This document shows, one piece after another, positions 10,902 to 19,629 of a stretch of DNA of 64,000 bases; the stretch's first letter is position 1, and every line of letters begins with the position of its first letter. The stretch is from positions 1,547 to 65,546 of the forward strand of contig JBAXWF010000013.1 of the NCBI GenBank assembly GCA_037128515.1, given 5' to 3'. A model generated the notes under the pieces. That model was not told the origin of the DNA, did not search any database, and saw only the letters and a list, made by a program, of their open reading frames with translations. This stretch comes from Bacteroidota bacterium. GTDB taxonomy: Bacteria; Bacteroidota; Bacteroidia; Bacteroidales; CAIWKO01. The translations under genes and the position numbers were made by a program.

Positions 10902-11771
10902 ATGAGAAAGGTTTTTATTATACTTTTTTTTTCACTCCTTTTTAATACAAAACTTAAAGCTCAAGAGTTTTATCGGAATGAAGTTGGTATTTTTTTAGGA
11001 GGGTCCTATTATGTCGGCGATTTAAATCCATCAAAACATTTTTTACAAACTAAGTTTTCTGGTGGTTTTGTTTATCGTTATAATATCACACCTAGATGGA
11101 CATTGAAAATTAGCGCACTATATGGAGGACTTGAAGCTAGTGATAGCCGTTCAAAAGCGAATATTGATCGAAACCTGAGTTTTAAAAGTTATATATTTGA
11201 ATTTTCACCCCAAATTGAATTTAATTTTCTGCAATATATACTTGGTGATAAAAAACATTTTATTTCTCCGTATATTTTTTTAGGGGCATCTGTTTTCAAT
11301 TTTAACCCTAAGGCTCAGGCTCCTGATGGAACTTGGTGGGCATTACAACCTTTAGGTACAGAAGGGCAAGGAACCACTATTGAAGGTGCAAAAAAGAATT
11401 ATGCTTTGACTACTATTGCAATACCATTTGGTTTAGGGGTAAAAATTTCGCCAGCCAAATTTGTCACTATTGGTTTAGAGTGGGGAATCAGAAAAACATT
11501 TACCGATTATATCGATGATGTAAGTACAGTTTATGTTAATGCTGAATCTGGTAGTATTTTTGTATCAGAAAATGGAAAAATTGCAGCTGCTTTTGCTGAC
11601 CGCTCCCTAACAAATCAAGGGAAACACACAGGGATGGAGCGAGGGAATCCACGCACAAAAGATTGGTATGTTTTTACGGGTTTAACAGCAACATTTAGAA
11701 TAAAAACGAAATCAGAACGTTGCCCAGCATACAAGCAACATCCTAGAATTAAAATTAAGTACAAGGATTAA
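10902..11771 (+). CDS. Outer-membrane beta-barrel protein of unknown function (paralog 2)
   Basis: Signal peptide 'MRKVFIILFFSLLFNTKLKA'; same motif set as 9966-10898. Confidence 0.55.
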   Translation: MRKVFIILFFSLLFNTKLKAQEFYRNEVGIFLGGSYYVGDLNPSKHFLQTKFSGGFVYRYNITPRWTLKISALYGGLEASDSRSKANIDRNLSFKSYIFEFSPQIEFNFLQYILGDKKHFISPYIFLGASVFNFNPKAQAPDGTWWALQPLGTEGQGTTIEGAKKNYALTTIAIPFGLGVKISPAKFVTIGLEWGIRKTFTDYIDDVSTVYVNAESGSIFVSENGKIAAAFADRSLTNQGKHTGMERGNPRTKDWYVFTGLTATFRIKTKSERCPAYKQHPRIKIKYKD

Positions 11772-11793
11772 TTTATTCGAATCAACAATTTAT

Positions 11794-12525
11794 ATGAAAG
11801 AAAAAATTATTCCTGAAAAATTACCTGAACATATTGCAATAATTATGGATGGCAATGGACGTTGGGCTAAAAAAAGAGGTGCTCTTCGCATCATGGGACA
11901 TAATCACGGTGTTACAGCTGTGAAAGAAACCGTTGAAACTGCAGCTGAAATAGGAATAAAATATCTTACATTATTTGCTTTTTCAAAAGAAAACTGGAGC
12001 CGGCCAAAAGACGAGGTAGATGCATTGATGGAATTGCTAGTAAAATCAATAAATAATGAAACTGATACACTAATTAAGAATAATATCCGTTTATTAGCCA
12101 TCGGAAATATAATTAGTTTGCATAAAAATTGCTACGAGGAATTGATGAGTACTATAAATTTAACTGCAAATAATACTGGTATGTCACTTATTCTTGCTCT
12201 TAGCTATAGTGCAAAATGGGAAATCACAAAGGCTGTAAAAGATATTGCTGAAAAAATTAATAATAACACATTAACTATTAATGAAATAAGCGAAGATCTT
12301 ATATCAAATTCATTAACAACAACAGGAATACCAGATCCAGAGCTATTAATCAGAACAAGTGGAGAATATCGATTAAGCAATTTTTTACTTTGGCAATTAG
12401 CTTATACAGAGTTGTATTTTACATCTGTTTTATGGCCAGATTTTAGAAAAGAAGATTTTTATTCTGCAATAATAGATTATCAAAACAGAGAGAGACGATT
12501 CGGAATGACAAGTGAACAAATTTAA
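11794..12525 (+). CDS. uppS: Undecaprenyl-diphosphate synthase (cis-isoprenyl transferase)
   Basis: 'IAIIMDGNGRWAKKRG', 'RTSGEYRLSNFLLWQLAYTELYF'. Confidence 0.92.
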   Translation: MKEKIIPEKLPEHIAIIMDGNGRWAKKRGALRIMGHNHGVTAVKETVETAAEIGIKYLTLFAFSKENWSRPKDEVDALMELLVKSINNETDTLIKNNIRLLAIGNIISLHKNCYEELMSTINLTANNTGMSLILALSYSAKWEITKAVKDIAEKINNNTLTINEISEDLISNSLTTTGIPDPELLIRTSGEYRLSNFLLWQLAYTELYFTSVLWPDFRKEDFYSAIIDYQNRERRFGMTSEQI

Positions 12526-12531
12526 TAAAAA

Positions 12532-15153
12532 ATGACAATAAAAACCTATTATAAATTATTCATTCTTTTAATAATAAGTGTTTCGCTTAAAGCTCAGGTA
12601 CAAATAGATGACAAAGGCGACATAGATTATTCTTCACCAAAGGAATATGAAATTCAAAAGATTGCTTTTAGTGGTGTTCATTATACTGATACCAATATTT
12701 GCAAACTTCTAACGGGTCTTTATGAAGGTGAGACACTCCAGATTCCTGGTGAAAAAATTACCAAAGCAATTCTAAACTTATGGAAACAAGGTCTTTTCGA
12801 CGATATTAAATTCTATGCTACTGATATTAAGGAAAGTAAAATATGGCTTGAAATTCAACTAAAGGAACATCCCAGATTATCAACAACACCCTTATTTTCA
12901 TCAAATGTAAAAAAATCTGATGTTGATGATTTGCGTGAAAAACTTAATTTAACAAAAGGAGATGTTATTACAAGTAATGTAATTCTTCGATCTACAGATA
13001 TAATAAAAAACCATTTTATGGATAAAGGCTTTTATAATGTTGAAGCCAATATCAAAGAGATTATTGATTCTTCATCTAGCAAATATACTGCTAAGCTTAA
13101 TATTGATGTTATTAAACATAAAAAAGTACGAATTCGAAGAATAAATTTCTACGGTAATGATAATATTTCATCATATAAGCTAAAACATTTGATGAAAAAA
13201 ACAAAAGAAAAATCTGTTTTTAATCCATTCATTGGAGCAGACACTCTTATATTCCAAACAATTAAAAAACTATTTGTTCATGATTCAATAAGTATAGAAG
13301 AAAATTTTATGAATTATGTTAGTTCTAAAGTTGTTTTACGAATATTTAAATCTTCTAAATTTTTACGGGATGAATACGAAAAAGATCGTCTTACTATAAT
13401 TGATAAATATAATGAGTCAGGTTATCGCGATTCAAAAATCTTATCCGATACTATTGTTAAAACCGGAGAAAATACAATAGATATTAATATCCATCTTAAA
13501 GAAGGTAGAAAATATTATTTCCGAAATATTTCATGGATTGGAAATACAAAATATTCTGATAAGGAATTAGGAGCTATTTTAAAAATCTATAAAGGTGATG
13601 TATATAATCAAAAAGCTCTTGAAACAAACTTAAGTTACAATCCGAATGGTATTGACGTCTACTCTTTATACATGGATAACGGATATTTGTTTTTTAGTGC
13701 AACACCAATCGAGACAAGAATTGAAAATGATTCTATTGATTTGGAAATTAGAATTATTGAAGGTAAGCAAGCCTATATAAATAAAGTTACTATTCGCGGG
13801 AATACCAAAACAAACGACCATGTTGTAATCCGCGAGATTAGAACAAAACCAGGACAATTATTTAATCGCTCTGATATAATCAGAACGACAAGAGAACTTG
13901 CCCAATTAAAATATTTTAATGCGGAAAAAATAGTTCCTGATATTATTCCTAATCCTACTGATGGTACTGTTGATATTGAATATTCTGTTGAAGAAACATC
14001 ATCTGACCAATTGGAACTTTCAGGAGGTTGGGGTGCTGGAAGATTAATCGGAACGCTAGGTGTTTCCTTTAATAATTTTTCAACTCGAAATTTCTTCAAA
14101 AAATCCGCATGGCAGCCTCTACCTGCTGGCGATGGTCAAAAATTAAGCATAAGGGTTCAAACAAATGGCATATATTATCAAGCTTATAATGCCTCTTTTA
14201 CAGAACCCTGGTTAGGTGGTAAGAAACCCCGTGCTTTAAGTATATCTGTCTATTACTCTTCACAAACAAATGGCTTGAAAAAAAGCGATGCAAGCCGTCA
14301 AGCTATCAATATTCTTGGAGCGTCTATTGGATTAGGGACCAGGTTAAAATGGCCCGATGACTACTTTACATTATATAATGAAATAGGTTACCAACACTAT
14401 AGCTTAAAAAACTATTATTCTTCATTCAGTTTTACAGATGGGACTTCAAATAATCTTAATTATACAATTACACTATCTAGAAATTCTATTGATGCACCCA
14501 TTTATCCCCGTTCAGGTTCTGAAATTTCCCTTATGCTACAATTAACGCCTCCATATTCTCTATTTAAAAATGAAGACTATTCAAAACTTAATGATGAACA
14601 AAAATTTCAGTGGATAGAATATCATAAATGGAAAGTTACTGCATCAATCTATACAAAATTGGCAGGAAATTTGGTATTTAGTGCTAGAACAAAATTTGGA
14701 TTTCTTGGATCATATAATAAAAAAATTGGAGTCCCACCTTTTGAACGTTTTTATTTAGGTGGTGATGGATTATCTGGTTATTCTTTAGATGGAAGAGAGC
14801 TTATTGCTTTAAGAGGTTACGAGAATAACACCCTAACTCCAAAAGATGCAACAGGAAACTATATTGGAGGAGCAATCTTTGATAAATTTACTTTGGAATT
14901 GCGGTACCCAATATCACTAAATCCTTCTGCAACAGTTTATATTTTGGGTTTTGCCGAAGGAGGAAACTGCTGGTCAAATATTAAAACGTTTAATCCGTTT
15001 GACATTTATCGTTCAGCAGGTGTTGGTGTTAGAGTATTTTTACCAATGTTTGGTATTCTTGGTCTTGACTGGGGATACGGATTTGATAAAATACCTGGAT
15101 TTGGAATCGGAGGAAGTCAATTCCATTTTTCAATTAATCAATCTATTGACTAA
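12532..15153 (+). CDS. bamA: Outer membrane protein assembly factor BamA
   Basis: 873 aa with a signal peptide, POTRA-like repeats ('I..I.F.GN....') and a C-terminal Omp85 barrel. Position immediately after uppS and before skp genes matches conserved synteny. Confidence 0.9.
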   Translation: MTIKTYYKLFILLIISVSLKAQVQIDDKGDIDYSSPKEYEIQKIAFSGVHYTDTNICKLLTGLYEGETLQIPGEKITKAILNLWKQGLFDDIKFYATDIKESKIWLEIQLKEHPRLSTTPLFSSNVKKSDVDDLREKLNLTKGDVITSNVILRSTDIIKNHFMDKGFYNVEANIKEIIDSSSSKYTAKLNIDVIKHKKVRIRRINFYGNDNISSYKLKHLMKKTKEKSVFNPFIGADTLIFQTIKKLFVHDSISIEENFMNYVSSKVVLRIFKSSKFLRDEYEKDRLTIIDKYNESGYRDSKILSDTIVKTGENTIDINIHLKEGRKYYFRNISWIGNTKYSDKELGAILKIYKGDVYNQKALETNLSYNPNGIDVYSLYMDNGYLFFSATPIETRIENDSIDLEIRIIEGKQAYINKVTIRGNTKTNDHVVIREIRTKPGQLFNRSDIIRTTRELAQLKYFNAEKIVPDIIPNPTDGTVDIEYSVEETSSDQLELSGGWGAGRLIGTLGVSFNNFSTRNFFKKSAWQPLPAGDGQKLSIRVQTNGIYYQAYNASFTEPWLGGKKPRALSISVYYSSQTNGLKKSDASRQAINILGASIGLGTRLKWPDDYFTLYNEIGYQHYSLKNYYSSFSFTDGTSNNLNYTITLSRNSIDAPIYPRSGSEISLMLQLTPPYSLFKNEDYSKLNDEQKFQWIEYHKWKVTASIYTKLAGNLVFSARTKFGFLGSYNKKIGVPPFERFYLGGDGLSGYSLDGRELIALRGYENNTLTPKDATGNYIGGAIFDKFTLELRYPISLNPSATVYILGFAEGGNCWSNIKTFNPFDIYRSAGVGVRVFLPMFGILGLDWGYGFDKIPGFGIGGSQFHFSINQSID

Positions 15154-15167
15154 ATAAAAATAAATAA

Positions 15168-15740
15168 ATGGAGGTATCTATGAAAAAATTATTAGTTTTA
15201 TTATTTCTTATTCCTTTGCTTTCTTTTAATTCTAAGGCACAAAAATTTGCTTTTGTTGATTCTGAATATATTTTAGAAAACATGTCGGAATATAGAGATG
15301 CACAGGATCTTTTAGATAAATTATCGCTTGAATGGCAAAAGGAAATTGAAACAAAATTTGCTGCCGTTGATAAGTTATATAAAGATTATCAAGCAGAAGC
15401 GGTGCTATTACCTGATGATATTAAAAAAAGTCGTCAAGACGCCATTGTTGCTAAAGAAAAGGAAGCAAAAGACCTTCAAAAGAAAAGGTTTGGTAAAGAT
15501 GGCGATTTATTTAAAAAGAGACAAGAATTAATAAAGCCAATCCAAGATAAAGTATACGATGCTATTGAGGATATAGCTACGGCAAATGGGTATGCTGTCG
15601 TTTTTGATAAATCCGGTAGTGTTACCTTGCTATATGCAAATTCCAAATTTGATAAAAGCGACGAAGTCCTTGATAAACTTGGCTATAAACCTGGGGCCAT
15701 AAAAACAAAAACAGATAAGAACGATAAAGATAATGAGTAG
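15168..15740 (+). CDS. OmpH/Skp-family periplasmic chaperone
   Basis: Signal peptide, 'KFAFVDSEYIL' start, K/E/Q-rich coiled-coil core, position after bamA. Confidence 0.8.
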   Translation: MEVSMKKLLVLLFLIPLLSFNSKAQKFAFVDSEYILENMSEYRDAQDLLDKLSLEWQKEIETKFAAVDKLYKDYQAEAVLLPDDIKKSRQDAIVAKEKEAKDLQKKRFGKDGDLFKKRQELIKPIQDKVYDAIEDIATANGYAVVFDKSGSVTLLYANSKFDKSDEVLDKLGYKPGAIKTKTDKNDKDNE

Positions 15741-15830
15741 TTTTTTTCTGAAGATTTATATTGATTTGGATTTTAAAAATCTAAAAAGTATAAATTTTTA
15801 GGTTTAAGAAGTATTTTTAGAATTATTATG

Positions 15831-15838
15831 TAGGTTTG
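15831..15838 (+). promoter_or_regulatory. Candidate TAnnTTTG -7 promoter element
   Basis: 'TAGGTTTG' lies 36 bp upstream of the ATG at 15874. Confidence 0.3.
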
Positions 15839-15873
15839 TACAAAATTTAAATTATTAACAACTTAATATTTAT

Positions 15874-16395
15874 ATGAAAAATTTAGCAAGAGTATTATTT
15901 ATTGTAGCTTTAGTAGGATTATCTATTAATTCTTATGCTCAGAAAAAACAAAAATTCGGTCATATCGACTCAAATGAATTACTAAAGCTTATGCCGGGAA
16001 GAGATTCTGCAATGACAAAAATTACAGAATATTCAAAAACACTAGAAAATCAATTAAAGGGGATGCAAAGTGAGTTAGAAACCAAGTATGAGGCATATTT
16101 GGCAGATGACCAAAACAAACAAATGACTGACTTAATTAAACAAACGCGTCAAAAAGAACTTCAGGATATCCAAGCTCGTATTGAAACATTCCAGCAATCA
16201 GCTCAAGATGACCTCGAAAAAAAACAAAACGAACTTTTAAAACCAATTATTGAAAAAGCTAAAGCAGCTATTGAGAAAGTTGCAAAGGAAAACTTATACA
16301 CGTATATTTTTGATGCAGGATTGGGTGTTCTGCTATATTCTGATCCAACTGAGGACATTTTGCCTATGGTAAAAACAGAACTCGGTCTTAAATAA
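15874..16395 (+). CDS. OmpH/Skp-family periplasmic chaperone (second copy)
   Basis: Signal peptide, 'KFGHIDSNELL', coiled-coil core, 'YTYIFD' tail. Confidence 0.8.
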   Translation: MKNLARVLFIVALVGLSINSYAQKKQKFGHIDSNELLKLMPGRDSAMTKITEYSKTLENQLKGMQSELETKYEAYLADDQNKQMTDLIKQTRQKELQDIQARIETFQQSAQDDLEKKQNELLKPIIEKAKAAIEKVAKENLYTYIFDAGLGVLLYSDPTEDILPMVKTELGLK

Positions 16396-16412
16396 TGTTA
16401 TTCAACTTTATA

Positions 16413-16455
16413 AAAAATCAAAAATCCTTTAAAGGGTTTTTGATTTTTTATTTTT
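16413..16455 (+). terminator. Rho-independent terminator after the skp pair
   Basis: Hairpin 'AAAAAATCAAAAATCCTTT/AAAGGGTTTTTGATTTTTT' followed by a T-run. Confidence 0.7.
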
Positions 16456-16516
16456 CAAAGTCATTTATTGAAGAACCCGTTTTTCTTTTTAACAAGATTT
16501 AGAAAAATTTAAAATT

Positions 16517-17638
16517 ATGGTACTGTATAAAAAATTGATACCAATAATAATATATGCCATCTTAGTGATGACTTATTCATCCGTATTTTCTCAATTAAAA
16601 AATGAGGTAAATATTAAAGGATTATTAAAAAACAATAGCTACACGTCTGCAACTCTATTTCAGGTGGGGAAAGAGCTAAATCAGGTTGCAACTATTTCAA
16701 TTGATAAGGATGGTAAATTCACTTATAAACTTGAATTAATTACTACAGATTTTTACAAACTTCAATTTGATAAAAACAATTTCATTATGTTTATATTGCA
16801 ACCCGGGGAGAATGTAGTGATTTCAATTGACGAATCTGATTTTTTGAATAAATTAGTTGTAACCGGGTCAGAGCAAACATCACAAATTATTGCGAACCAG
16901 AAGTTGATAACTTCAACCAAAATAAAGCTAGACAGCATTAGTAATCTGTCTTACATAAATTTAGGAAATACGAAATATGATTCATTATTAAATGTCTATT
17001 CCACTTCTTATGAAAAAATAAATCAAAATTTAAATACTGCACTTATTAATTTTGTTCAAAAAAATAAAGCTTCTTTAGCAGTACTTTTTATTACAGAAAC
17101 GTTAAAAATTGATGAAAATATTGAATTATTTAGTCAGGCAGACTCTTTATTATTAAAAAAATATCCTCAAAACTTTTACGTATTAAACTTTCATGCACAA
17201 ATTGAAGCATCAAAAAAAACAAGAATCGGGTCAATTGCTCCTGATTTCACATTGCCCGATACTAATGGAGTTAATGTGAGTCTGAGTTCTTTTAAAGGAA
17301 AATATGTTTTAATCGATTTTTGGGCAGCATGGTGTAACCCCTGTATGAAAGAAATGCCGAACATACAGAAATTATATGCCGATTTTAATAAAAAAGGACT
17401 AGAAATTCTTGGTGTTTCTCTGGATAAATCAAAACAATTATGGACAAAGACCATTAGAACAAATAATTTAAGTTGGATACAGGTAAGCGACGTTAAATAT
17501 TGGTCATCCATTGTTGTTCCATTATATAATATTACCGGAATTCCACACACTGTGCTTCTTAACAAGGAAGGTAAAATAATCGCAAAAAATCTTCGTGGAG
17601 AGGAATTATATAACAAGATTGAAAGTTTATTAAAATAA
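16517..17638 (+). CDS. TlpA-family thiol:disulfide oxidoreductase (thioredoxin fold) with an N-terminal accessory domain
   Basis: 'FWAAWCNPC' CxxC motif, 'GIPHTVLLNKEGKII'. Confidence 0.8.
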   Translation: MVLYKKLIPIIIYAILVMTYSSVFSQLKNEVNIKGLLKNNSYTSATLFQVGKELNQVATISIDKDGKFTYKLELITTDFYKLQFDKNNFIMFILQPGENVVISIDESDFLNKLVVTGSEQTSQIIANQKLITSTKIKLDSISNLSYINLGNTKYDSLLNVYSTSYEKINQNLNTALINFVQKNKASLAVLFITETLKIDENIELFSQADSLLLKKYPQNFYVLNFHAQIEASKKTRIGSIAPDFTLPDTNGVNVSLSSFKGKYVLIDFWAAWCNPCMKEMPNIQKLYADFNKKGLEILGVSLDKSKQLWTKTIRTNNLSWIQVSDVKYWSSIVVPLYNITGIPHTVLLNKEGKIIAKNLRGEELYNKIESLLK

Positions 17639-17643
17639 AACCA

Positions 17644-18336
17644 TTGACTTCATTACAACAAAAAATAATTAATTCTACTATTAATTTTGTAAAGTTATCT
17701 TGTGAGGGAAATTCTTCAGGACATGATTGGTCGCATATTTCTAGAGTAACGAAGTTAGCTCTTTATTTTGCAAGAAAAGAAAAGGCCGATACCTTTATTG
17801 TTGAATTAGCAGCTCTTTTGCATGATGTTGATGATTGGAAATTTAATGACAGTTCTTCTTATAAAGCCAAAAATTGGCTTTTAAAATGTAATTTGAAGGA
17901 GGAAAAAATCCATAATATATGTACAATCATTCAACAGGTTTCTTTTAAAAGCACCGGAGAAAAGAATACTGTATCAACTTTAGAAGCAAAAATTGTACAG
18001 GATGCTGACAGACTTGATGCTATTGGTGCAATAGGAATTGCAAGAGCCTTTGCTTATGGAGGTTCAAGAAATAGGGAACTATTTAATCCAGAAATCAAGC
18101 CCGCATTTCATTATGATTTTCATGCATATAAAAATAATCAATCGAACACCATCAACCATTTTTACGAGAAATTACTTCTATTAAAAGATCAAATTAATAC
18201 GGATACTGCAAAAGAAATAGCTATAAGCAGACATGATTTTATGCTGAAATTCCTAGATCAATTTTATTCTGAATGGAATTGTTTTGATGAATATATACCC
18301 CTTAAAAATAATAGAACAGAGAATACATCAATCTAA
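17644..18336 (+). CDS. HD-domain phosphohydrolase
   Basis: 'HDWSHISRV' ... 'ALLHDVDD' ... 'QDADRLDAIGAIG'. Apparent TTG start. Confidence 0.75.
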   Translation: MTSLQQKIINSTINFVKLSCEGNSSGHDWSHISRVTKLALYFARKEKADTFIVELAALLHDVDDWKFNDSSSYKAKNWLLKCNLKEEKIHNICTIIQQVSFKSTGEKNTVSTLEAKIVQDADRLDAIGAIGIARAFAYGGSRNRELFNPEIKPAFHYDFHAYKNNQSNTINHFYEKLLLLKDQINTDTAKEIAISRHDFMLKFLDQFYSEWNCFDEYIPLKNNRTENTSI

Positions 18337-19555
18337 CGTTACTGATAGGTTTTATATTCTGTACTTCGCCCAAACTATTTACAGTACTACCATATCCTGC
18401 AACAGTATAATCACCCTCAATACCCATTTTAACTTTCCCCGATATAAAAACAATTCTCGGGGATATACGATATACATAATCGATATTTTTACCTCGTGCG
18501 AAATAGCAAGACTCACTTTTCCAATTTAAAATATTGCTATATGATCCAAGGTTTTTAGTATATCCTCCAAATACTCCAAATTGAATTTTAGTTCCATTGG
18601 TTGCAATATCAATCCATGATGATACAGTATTTAATGGAGTATATTCAAAGTCACCGCGTGCAATTATTGCACTATCAGTAGTATATTTATATGCATAACC
18701 ACCTAACATAACTTGATCATACATGTTTTGGCCATAGATTCCTTCTAATTTTAAAGTTATATACCTACTTCTTAGCTTAAAAAAAGCCATGAAAGAATAA
18801 TTATTCATGCTGGTATTTGTAGAATAGTTGCTATCAGTTACTAAACGAGGAACTAATATTTTATAATCAGCTCCAGCACCAAAAAATATTTCGTGTGAGT
18901 TATCGGCATTAAAATGTTGATATTGTATTCTGAGATTCAATTCAGGTAATGTTGCATTTCTCAATGCATCAGAACCGCCCCAACTTGTGAAATCACGTTG
19001 AGTCATCACAGACAATAAAAATTTTACATCCTTTAATTTCTGAATAATTTTAATCTGTGGATTCCTAGAGAATGGTTGAAAAGGTGATCCGGTATTAATT
19101 GCCATTATTTCGGGAAAACATCCTTCAACAAACATACCATGCCAGGTTTGACCAATTATTACATCTGTAGTTTGCCAAGAGAGTTTGCAGTAGGCATGTC
19201 GTAAACGGAAGCCGTTTGAATTGCCTTCCTGTGTTCCAAAGAATTCACCTTCGATAACACCTGAAGTTTTTGCACCAAATGCATCTGGTCCAAAAATATC
19301 GCCACGTAGGCGTGACTGAATGGCTAATATATTAAAACTTGTATGCGCATTAATATCAACATTATCTTTATCATATTTAGCATTCTCGGGATATAAATAA
19401 AATTCACCTTCGCGAAGGCTAACCGTTTTGTGTGTATCAAAAAAGAAATCATTCTTTACATATCCTGAAAATTTTATACCAAATGCAGGTTGTTGATCTT
19501 GTGCCATTGCAATAATTGGGAACAAGAACAAAAATAAAAGCATAAATTTTTTCAT
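18302..19555 (-). CDS. Putative outer-membrane porin / beta-barrel protein
   Basis: Signal peptide 'MKKFMLLFLFLFPIIAMA', alternating-strand pattern, aromatic C-terminus '...LFYYF'. Confidence 0.55.
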   Translation of the reverse strand: MKKFMLLFLFLFPIIAMAQDQQPAFGIKFSGYVKNDFFFDTHKTVSLREGEFYLYPENAKYDKDNVDINAHTSFNILAIQSRLRGDIFGPDAFGAKTSGVIEGEFFGTQEGNSNGFRLRHAYCKLSWQTTDVIIGQTWHGMFVEGCFPEIMAINTGSPFQPFSRNPQIKIIQKLKDVKFLLSVMTQRDFTSWGGSDALRNATLPELNLRIQYQHFNADNSHEIFFGAGADYKILVPRLVTDSNYSTNTSMNNYSFMAFFKLRSRYITLKLEGIYGQNMYDQVMLGGYAYKYTTDSAIIARGDFEYTPLNTVSSWIDIATNGTKIQFGVFGGYTKNLGSYSNILNWKSESCYFARGKNIDYVYRISPRIVFISGKVKMGIEGDYTVAGYGSTVNSLGEVQNIKPISNVRLMYSLFYYF

Positions 19556-19629
19556 CTTAGTTAAGATTTAAATGAATAATTTGCAAAAGTACTCTTTTTG
19601 GTAAAATGATTGTAAAAAAATAAGCTACA

